Assembly: GCA_002380425.1 (NCBI GenBank)
Contig: DFUR01000035.1
Location: forward strand, 27,668-91,667
Reading direction: 5' to 3'
DNA length: 64,000 nucleotides
Source: Bacteroidales bacterium UBA4181
GTDB taxonomy: Bacteria > Bacteroidota > Bacteroidia > Bacteroidales > UBA4181
Position 1 is the first letter of the stretch, and every line of letters begins with the position of its first letter. The notes under the pieces are model-generated. The model saw only the letters and a program-made list of their open reading frames with translations. It had not been told where the DNA came from and did not search any database. Of this stretch, positions 58,591 through 64,000 are shown in pieces. The position numbers were made by a program, and so were the translations under genes.

Positions 58591-59502
58591 CTATCCCTCC
58601 TTTGATTCGTTTCTTTCTGCAATCCTCATGCGGGCGCTTCGCGCCCTGCTGTTCTTTTCCGTCTCATCCGCCCCGGGGATGATCACTCCCGAATGCAGTT
58701 GGCGGAAGGGTACCCGGGTGCGGCCGTAGATGTCTTTCACTGCCTCCCCCTCAATCATCCCGTTGCGGATGAAATTCTTCACCATCCGGTCTTCAAGGGA
58801 GTGGTACGAAATAACCACCAGCCTTCCTCCAGGGCGGATCAGTGCCGGACTTTGCTCCAACAGGGAACGGAGGCTTTCCGTTTCCTGATTGACCTCAATC
58901 CTCAGGGCCTGAAAAACCCTTGCGAGGAATTTGCTGGGCTGATCGCGCGGGGTAACTTCCGCGAGGGCTTCCAGCAGGTCGGCATTGGAGCGGAACGGTT
59001 GCTGAGCACGTCGTTGCACCACCAGCCGGGCCAGACGGCGAGCATTGTTGATCTCTCCATACTGCCTGAAGATGCTGCTGAGTTGCTCCTCAGGGTAATC
59101 ATTCAGAATGCCTCCGGCCGTTCTGGGAGATGACGCATTCATCCGCATATCGAGCGGGGCGTTTTCCCTGAAGGTGAACCCTCTTTGGGAGGCGTCAAAG
59201 TGGTGGGACGATACCCCCAGATCGGCCAGGATGCCGTCCACCTGTGCGTAGCCCAGATATTTCAGGTACTGGCCCAGAAACCTGAAATTGCCCCGGACCA
59301 GCCGGAAACCGGGATGATCGGGAGCGTTGAATTCCGCATCGGCGTCCTGATCAAAAGCAATCAGCTTCCCGGTAGTCAGTTGCCCGAGTATGGCCCGGGA
59401 ATGCCCCCCGCCTCCGAATGTGGCATCCACATACACACCATCCGGGCGTATTTCCAATCCGGCAACGCTTTCGGACAGCAGTACTGGTACATGATAGGTC
59501 AT
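58591..59502 (-). CDS. rsmH: 16S rRNA (cytosine1402-N4)-methyltransferase.
   Basis: 303 aa. Motifs seen: YHVPVLLSE, DATFGGGGHS, SYHSLEDRMVK. Confidence 0.95.
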   Translation of the reverse strand: MTYHVPVLLSESVAGLEIRPDGVYVDATFGGGGHSRAILGQLTTGKLIAFDQDADAEFNAPDHPGFRLVRGNFRFLGQYLKYLGYAQVDGILADLGVSSHHFDASQRGFTFRENAPLDMRMNASSPRTAGGILNDYPEEQLSSIFRQYGEINNARRLARLVVQRRAQQPFRSNADLLEALAEVTPRDQPSKFLARVFQALRIEVNQETESLRSLLEQSPALIRPGGRLVVISYHSLEDRMVKNFIRNGMIEGEAVKDIYGRTRVPFRQLHSGVIIPGADETEKNSRARSARMRIAERNESKEG

Positions 59503-59969
59503 ATCTCATTGGGATTGTAAGAGGCATTCTTCATGATTCTTATGGCCCTTTCGCTTTTGCTGAGGGCATCCCCGCCGGCGTTTTCGTACAGCCCCGGGCT
59601 CCAGATCTCTATTTTGCCCACGTGCCCCACCAGAACAACCTCTTTGTCAATCTGTGCCGCTCTGAGTAGCCGGGCAGGAAGCAGGAAGCGGTTGGCAGCA
59701 TCGAGTTCCACCTCGAGGGCCCCTGAGCGAAAGTCGCGGATGAGTTGCCGGTGTTCCGGATCATAGGGATTTACATTCCTGAGCAGCATTCGGTTTTGCA
59801 CCTCCCACTCGGACAGGGTGAACATCTCCAGGCACGGTTCGTACAGATCCTTCTTGACCACAAAGACAACGGGGTCTCCGGCTGGCATCTTTCGCTTGAA
59901 AGCGGCCGGCAGGACGATGCGCCCCTTGGCATCCGTTTTGCACACATATTCGCCTATGAATGTTGTCAT
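59499..59969 (-). CDS. mraZ: Transcriptional regulator MraZ.
   Basis: 156 aa with duplicated SpoVT/AbrB-like halves (DAKGRIVLPAAFKR and DAANRFLLPARLLR). It is the first gene of the dcw cluster. Confidence 0.93.
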   Translation of the reverse strand: MTTFIGEYVCKTDAKGRIVLPAAFKRKMPAGDPVVFVVKKDLYEPCLEMFTLSEWEVQNRMLLRNVNPYDPEHRQLIRDFRSGALEVELDAANRFLLPARLLRAAQIDKEVVLVGHVGKIEIWSPGLYENAGGDALSKSERAIRIMKNASYNPNEI

Positions 59970-60010
59970 TGCAGATTCTGGTAATCTGGAGTAAAATTAT
60001 ACAATGTTTC

Positions 60011-60040
60011 CTACTTTCTCCCACTTTCCCCCACTTTTTG
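60011..60040 (-). promoter_or_regulatory. Predicted MraZ operator: three direct repeats at 10-bp spacing.
   Basis: The minus strand reads AAAGTGGGGG / AAAGTGGGAG / AAAGTAGGAA. The repeats sit immediately upstream of a near-consensus -7 element (TAATTTTA) and ~40-70 nt upstream of the mraZ ATG. Published MraZ sites are triple direct repeats (TGGGN in E. coli, AAAGTG[T/G] in Mollicutes). Confidence 0.55.
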
Positions 60041-60065
60041 GGGCATTGTTGATAACTTTTTTGGT

Positions 60066-60073
60066 TACCTTTG
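60066..60073 (+). promoter_or_regulatory. -7 promoter box (TACCTTTG) for the glsA-like gene.
   Basis: Exact TAnnTTTG match 13 nt upstream of ATG 60086. It overlaps the alternative TTG 60071, which argues against that start. Confidence 0.4.
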
Positions 60074-60085
60074 TTTTTTTCGCCG

Positions 60086-60898
60086 ATGGAATCGCTCCCA
60101 CTGATTGATATTCAAAAGGTCTTTAGCAAGAAAAACCCCAAACTTGCCCATATGTTTCCGGGTTTTGCGTGGCATGCCCTCGAACATTTGATTCACCAGG
60201 AGGAAATCAACGGTGTGATTACCCGGTATGCCCATTGCGATCCGGCGGGCTTTATCCGCGGGGCACTCTCGGATATGCAGATAAGCTACACGGCTCATGG
60301 TTTTGAGCGCATTCCGGAAGGGGGACGGTATGTCTTTGTCTCCAATCATCCTCTGGGCGGTTTGGATGGCCTGATTTTGATGGATGTGATGGCCTCCCGA
60401 TTTGGGAACTTCCGCTTTGTGGTCAATGATGTTCTGATGAATCTTCCTGTCGTTCAAAAGGTTTTCGTTCCTGTGAATAAGTTTGGGCGCCAAAAGTCTG
60501 GCTATGTAACTGCTTTGGATGATCTCTTTGCCTCTGACGCCCAGGTGTTGTTTTTCCCCGCAGGGCTGTGTTCCCGCAAGATTAGAGGTGACATCTCGGA
60601 TCTTCCCTGGAACAAAACTTTTTTGACCAAGGCCATTCAGCATCAGCGGGAGGTTGTTCCGGTGTACTTCTCAGCCAGAAATTCAGCCTTATTTTATCAT
60701 TTGGCAAATATTCGCAAGTTTCTGGGAATCAAAATGAATATTGAGATGTTCTTGCTTCCGCGTGAGATGTTCCGTCAAAAAGGCAGGAGCCTTTCGCTGG
60801 TGTTCGGGGATCCGATTCCCTGGCAACAGTTTGATGCTTCGAGGTCTGTTCCCGACTGGGTGGAATTTGTCCGCTCCAGAGTGTATGCGATGGCTTGA
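60086..60898 (+). CDS. glsA: Lysophospholipid (PlsC-type) O-acyltransferase, GlsA/OlsA-like.
   Basis: The ORF is 60071..60898. The start is placed at ATG 60086 (MESLPLIDIQKVF). The H(X)4D acyltransferase motif is SNHPLGGLDG, and FPAG(L)CSR is also present. It is paired with a GlsB-like gene 42 nt downstream. The gene symbol is by analogy to the Bacteroides thetaiotaomicron glycine-lipid genes. Confidence 0.7.
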   Translation: MESLPLIDIQKVFSKKNPKLAHMFPGFAWHALEHLIHQEEINGVITRYAHCDPAGFIRGALSDMQISYTAHGFERIPEGGRYVFVSNHPLGGLDGLILMDVMASRFGNFRFVVNDVLMNLPVVQKVFVPVNKFGRQKSGYVTALDDLFASDAQVLFFPAGLCSRKIRGDISDLPWNKTFLTKAIQHQREVVPVYFSARNSALFYHLANIRKFLGIKMNIEMFLLPREMFRQKGRSLSLVFGDPIPWQQFDASRSVPDWVEFVRSRVYAMA

Positions 60899-60904
60899 TT
60901 TGAT

Positions 60905-60912
60905 TACTTTTG
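60905..60912 (+). promoter_or_regulatory. -7 promoter box (TACTTTTG) for the glsB-like gene.
   Basis: Exact TAnnTTTG match 29 nt upstream of ATG 60941. Confidence 0.4.
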
Positions 60913-60940
60913 TGTGTACACATCCCATAGATTGCGTTTT

Positions 60941-61876
60941 ATGCAAGATATCATCCCTCCGGTTGACAAAAGCCTAATAAACAGCGAGTTGAGTAACGGT
61001 AAGTTTGTTCGTAAGACAAACCGTCTTGACAATGAGTTGTATGTAATCACTGCCCACGATTCTCCCCACACCATGCGCGAGATTGGTCGCCTCAGGGAAT
61101 TGTCCTTCAGATATGCCGGTGGCGGAACGGGCAACGAGTTGGATATTGACCATTATGACTTGTGCGAGAATCCCTATAAACAGTTGATTGTGTGGGATCC
61201 CCAGGAAGAGGAAATTCTGGGAGGGTATCGTTTCCATGTGTGTGATGAGTCTTTTGTGGGCCCCGACGGGGAAATCAATCTGGCCACAGCCGAGTTGTTT
61301 CATTTTAGTGAGCACTTTATCCGGGAGTATCTGCCCTACACCATAGAGTTGGGCCGATCCTTTGTACAGCCCGCTTTTCAGTCCACCAATCGCTTCGGAA
61401 AGAGTATTTATTCGCTCGACAATCTTTGGGACGGACTGGGAGCACTGGTGGTCCGCAACCCCGGGAAAAAGTACTTCTGCGGCAAGGTCACCATGTACAC
61501 TTCGTATAACACTCAGGCCAGGAATATGATTTTGTTTTTTCTGGACAAATATTTCAGGGATCGCGACCGGCTGATATTCCCCCGCGAAGAACTGGAGTTG
61601 AACGTTGAGATGGATATGGATCAGATGAACGCTATTTTCTGCGGTCCCACCTACGAAGATGATTACCGGGCCCTCTTCCACCGGGTGCGTTCCTACGGGG
61701 AAAACATCCCTCCGTTAATCAACTCGTATATGAACCTTTCACCATCCATGCGCACCTTTGGTACTGCTACCAATCCATACTTCGGAGGAGTGGAGGAAAC
61801 GGGGATTCTGATCACAATTGCCGATCTCTACGGAAACAAGGTTAAAAGGCATATTGAAACGTTCGATTTACAATGA
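60941..61876 (+). CDS. glsB: GNAT/hemolysin-like N-acyltransferase (N-acyl amino acid synthase), GlsB/OlsB-like.
   Basis: The ORF is 60914..61876. The start is placed at ATG 60941 (MQDIIPPVDKSL...). REIGRLRELSFRYAGGGTG is typical of the OlsB/N-acyl-amino-acid-synthase family. It is adjacent to the PlsC-type partner. Confidence 0.7.
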   Translation: MQDIIPPVDKSLINSELSNGKFVRKTNRLDNELYVITAHDSPHTMREIGRLRELSFRYAGGGTGNELDIDHYDLCENPYKQLIVWDPQEEEILGGYRFHVCDESFVGPDGEINLATAELFHFSEHFIREYLPYTIELGRSFVQPAFQSTNRFGKSIYSLDNLWDGLGALVVRNPGKKYFCGKVTMYTSYNTQARNMILFFLDKYFRDRDRLIFPREELELNVEMDMDQMNAIFCGPTYEDDYRALFHRVRSYGENIPPLINSYMNLSPSMRTFGTATNPYFGGVEETGILITIADLYGNKVKRHIETFDLQ

Positions 61877-61883
61877 TTTTTTG

Positions 61884-61891
61884 TACCTTTG
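61884..61891 (+). promoter_or_regulatory. -7 promoter box (TACCTTTG) for the small lipoprotein gene.
   Basis: Exact TAnnTTTG match 50 nt upstream of ATG 61941. Confidence 0.4.
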
Positions 61892-61940
61892 AACGATGGG
61901 TCAGGGGGTTATGCCCCGGAACCGTCAGGGAGGTTTATAG

Positions 61941-62354
61941 ATGAAGCATTATCTGCATATTCTGATTGTTTTGGCTTTCTCACTTGCGTTCGTTTCCTGT
62001 GGCGGAGGCGGAGACGAGGAGGTTCCCCCCGTCAAAAGCAGTGAGTGTGACATCAAGACTTTTTCCCTGAAGACGGCCACCAATCTGGTCGCATTCCCCG
62101 GCGGATGGGTCTCCGTACAGTTCAATGCTTCACGTCAGGCTAATGTGGAGGTGGAGAAACCGGAGATTAACCTAGCTTCCATTCAGGCCAGGTTTACCAT
62201 TTCTGCCGGGGCAACCATCAAGGTGGGCAATACCCCGCAGGTGAGTGAGGTGACGGCAAACAATTATACCAGTCCTGTTACCTTTCGGGTCACTGCTGAG
62301 GACGGGGTGACCCGTAAAGACTACACGGTCCGGGTAACCCGTGTGGTTCCTTAG
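61941..62354 (+). CDS. Small lipoprotein with a single Ig-like/cadherin-like beta-sandwich domain.
   Basis: 137 aa. Lipobox LAFSLAFVSC|GGGG. The C-terminus NYTSPVTFRVTAEDGVTRKDYTVRVTRV is typical of surface beta-sandwich modules. A strong terminator follows. Confidence 0.6.
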   Translation: MKHYLHILIVLAFSLAFVSCGGGGDEEVPPVKSSECDIKTFSLKTATNLVAFPGGWVSVQFNASRQANVEVEKPEINLASIQARFTISAGATIKVGNTPQVSEVTANNYTSPVTFRVTAEDGVTRKDYTVRVTRVVP

Positions 62355-62392
62355 GAGGTCCGGGTCAGTTCTGTGAACACGGCAATCGCACC

Positions 62393-62426
62393 GGAAGCCC
62401 TCCGTCAGGTTGGCTTCCTTTTTTTT
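62393..62426 (+). terminator. Intrinsic terminator after the lipoprotein gene.
   Basis: GGAAGCC (62393-62399), a 12-nt loop, GGCTTCC (62412-62418), then T8 (62419-62426). Confidence 0.7.
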
Positions 62427-62454
62427 AGAAAGTTGAATCGTTAACGAAGTGATT

Positions 62455-63477
62455 ATGAGTAATCTGTTAGATTGGGCAAACCTGCCTTTCGGCTACATGA
62501 GGACCGACTACAATGTGCGGTGTATCTGGAAGGATGGTGCCTGGGGCAAGTTGGAGGTGACGTCCTCCGAGTATTTGATGATGCATATGGCAGCCACTTG
62601 TCTGCACTATGGTCAGGAGGCCTTTGAGGGGCTGAAGGCTTTTCGCGGCAGGGATGGGAAGATCAGGATATTCCGGATTCGTGCCAATGCTCGTCGTATG
62701 AAAACATCGGGTGAGTACATCAAGATGAAGTCTCCCGATGAGGAGTTGTTTGTGGAAGCTATTCGCTTGGCGGTGAAACTCAATGAGCGTTTTGTTCCTC
62801 CCTGCGAGTCGGGTGCCTCTCTGTATATCCGTCCGTTGCTGATCGGAACCGGAGCCCAGGTGGGGGTGAGCCCTGCCCAGGAGTACACCTTTCTGGTCTT
62901 TGTAACGCCCGTGGGTCCCTATTTTAAGTCCGGGTTCAAGCCTGTGGATGTGATCATCACCCGCGACACAGATCGTGCGGCGCCTCTGGGTACCGGACAT
63001 ATCAAGGTGGGAGGCAATTATGCCGCCAGCCTGCCGGCACTCGATGTGGCCCATCATCAGGGTTACGCGACATGCCTGTATCTGGACGCACGTGAAAAAA
63101 AATACATTGATGAGTGTGGACCTGCCAATTTCTTTGGAATCAAGGGAAATTCCTACGTTACTCCCGATTCGCATAGTGTTTTGCCCTCCATTACCAACGA
63201 CAGCCTGATGACGCTGGCTGCTGATATGGGGATGAAGGTGGAGCGCAGGCACATTCCTGTTGAGGAACTGGCCGATTTTTCCGAAGCCGGACAGTGCGGG
63301 ACTGCTGCTGTCATCAGCCCTCTGGGCAAGGTGTTTGACCCCGGAACCAACAAGGTGTACGAGTTTCCCGACAGCCGCAAGGCTGGAAATGTCTGTGAGG
63401 TGTTGTACAACAAACTTAGGGCCATCCAGTTTGGAGATGCTCCCGATACATACGGGTGGGTGGATATTATTGACTAG
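62455..63477 (+). CDS. ilvE: Branched-chain amino acid aminotransferase.
   Basis: The ORF is 62449..63477 and begins at a GTG. I favour ATG 62455 (MSNLLDWANLPFGY). Motifs seen: HYGQEAFEGLKAF, and the PLP lysine in GTGHIKVGGNYAASL. Confidence 0.92.
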   Translation: MSNLLDWANLPFGYMRTDYNVRCIWKDGAWGKLEVTSSEYLMMHMAATCLHYGQEAFEGLKAFRGRDGKIRIFRIRANARRMKTSGEYIKMKSPDEELFVEAIRLAVKLNERFVPPCESGASLYIRPLLIGTGAQVGVSPAQEYTFLVFVTPVGPYFKSGFKPVDVIITRDTDRAAPLGTGHIKVGGNYAASLPALDVAHHQGYATCLYLDAREKKYIDECGPANFFGIKGNSYVTPDSHSVLPSITNDSLMTLAADMGMKVERRHIPVEELADFSEAGQCGTAAVISPLGKVFDPGTNKVYEFPDSRKAGNVCEVLYNKLRAIQFGDAPDTYGWVDIID

Positions 63478-63488
63478 TTGCGTTTCGT

Positions 63489-63851
63489 ATGGCCATCCAG
63501 CAGTTGCGGGGCAGGCAGGGAGAGGATATTGCGGCACAGTATCTGCTGGAGCGGGGATATAGGGTCCTGGAGCGCAACTGGCGTTCGCATCACCGGGAGA
63601 TTGACCTGATTGCCACGAGGGATGGACAGGTAGTTTTTGTGGAAGTTAAATGCCGTTCTCCCAGAAGCTGGACGGAGCCCTGGGAGGCCGTGGGAAAAGC
63701 CAAACAAAGAAGGCTCATTGCAGCGGCACATGCCTATGTGATGCAGCATCATTTGGATGGGGAAGTCCGGTTCGACATCATTTCGGTGATCCTGGGAGAC
63801 CCGGTGCAGCTGGACCATATGGAATATGCTTTTTACCCATTATTACGCTGA
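63489..63851 (+). CDS. yraN: YraN-family (UPF0102) endonuclease-like protein.
   Basis: 120 aa. Motifs seen: GRQGEDIAAQYLLERGYRVLERNWRSHHREIDLIA...VVFVEVKCR. Confidence 0.85.
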   Translation: MAIQQLRGRQGEDIAAQYLLERGYRVLERNWRSHHREIDLIATRDGQVVFVEVKCRSPRSWTEPWEAVGKAKQRRLIAAAHAYVMQHHLDGEVRFDIISVILGDPVQLDHMEYAFYPLLR

Positions 63852-63855
63852 CAGC

Positions 63856-64000
63856 TATGCTTTTCAAAAAAATGTTCGGTTTTGTGGCTTCTTCACTGCG
63901 GACTGTGTCCCGCGGGCTCTTCAACCACTTCGTTCAGGGGCTTCTGCTGATTGTGCCTATCGGGCTTTCCTTCCTGCTGGTGTTTATGTTTTTTGGCTGG
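63856..64000 (+). CDS. N-terminal fragment of a membrane protein (DUF502-like), running off the window.
   Basis: ATG 63856 opens MLFKKMFGFVASSLRTVSRGLFNHFVQGLLLIVPIGLSFLLVFMFFGW, which stays open to nt 64000. The TM helix with a PIG motif resembles DUF502 N-termini. The call is tentative. Confidence 0.4.

Overview
This 64 kb window looks like core chromosome from a Bacteroidota genome, probably Bacteroidales-like. Three things support that call: exact TAnnTTTG -7 promoter boxes sit in front of many genes, Shine-Dalgarno sites are absent, and a glsA/glsB-type glycine-lipid pair and a bactofilin-atpZ-atpI-atpBEFHAG arrangement are present. By eye the GC content is in the mid 50s percent. Coding density is very high, and many gene pairs overlap by 1-20 nt. 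I found no rRNA, tRNA, CRISPR array, transposase, integrase or phage gene.

Content from left to right:
- Two tandem GH106-like glycosidases (the first truncated by the window edge), a class I/II aminotransferase and a PL11 rhamnogalacturonan lyase.
- A 1414-aa single-chain fusion of a GT3 glycogen synthase and a GT35 alpha-glucan phosphorylase.
- A DUF2271-like secreted protein, then asnS and rpoN.
- A minus-strand block: small lipoprotein, porin-like barrel, GH2, and a TAT-exported Gfo/Idh/MocA oxidoreductase.
- A minus-strand operon: rbfA, membrane methyltransferase, FtsX/LolE-like permease, DUF4954 beta-helix protein, rsmI.
- trpS, then an LPS-core-type cluster (DUF4254, GT9 heptosyltransferase, Kdo/WaaP-type kinase, convergent with DUF5672 and an FkbM methyltransferase).
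- mrp/apbC and leuS.
- The F-type ATP synthase operon without beta and epsilon subunits, headed by a bactofilin gene.
- An RprX/RprY-like two-component pair.
- A complete dcw cluster: mraZ-rsmH-ftsL-ftsI-murE-mraY-murD-ftsW-murG-murC-ftsQ-ftsA-ftsZ.
- glsA/glsB-like acyltransferases, a small lipoprotein, ilvE, yraN, and the start of a DUF502 protein.

I see no clear-cut novel defence or mobile system here. The observations most worth follow-up are:
- an orphan promoter plus intrinsic terminator (a candidate ~95-nt sRNA or leader) upstream of the bactofilin-atp operon;
- the bactofilin gene, which overlaps atpZ and so may be translationally coupled to it;
- the glycogen synthase-phosphorylase fusion;
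- a DUF4954 protein with a slippage-prone PEPV linker and an extra C-terminal domain;
- a triple AAAGTGGG direct repeat (predicted MraZ operator) in the divergent mraZ/glsA control region.

All functional calls come from motif and family recognition by eye. No database search was run.
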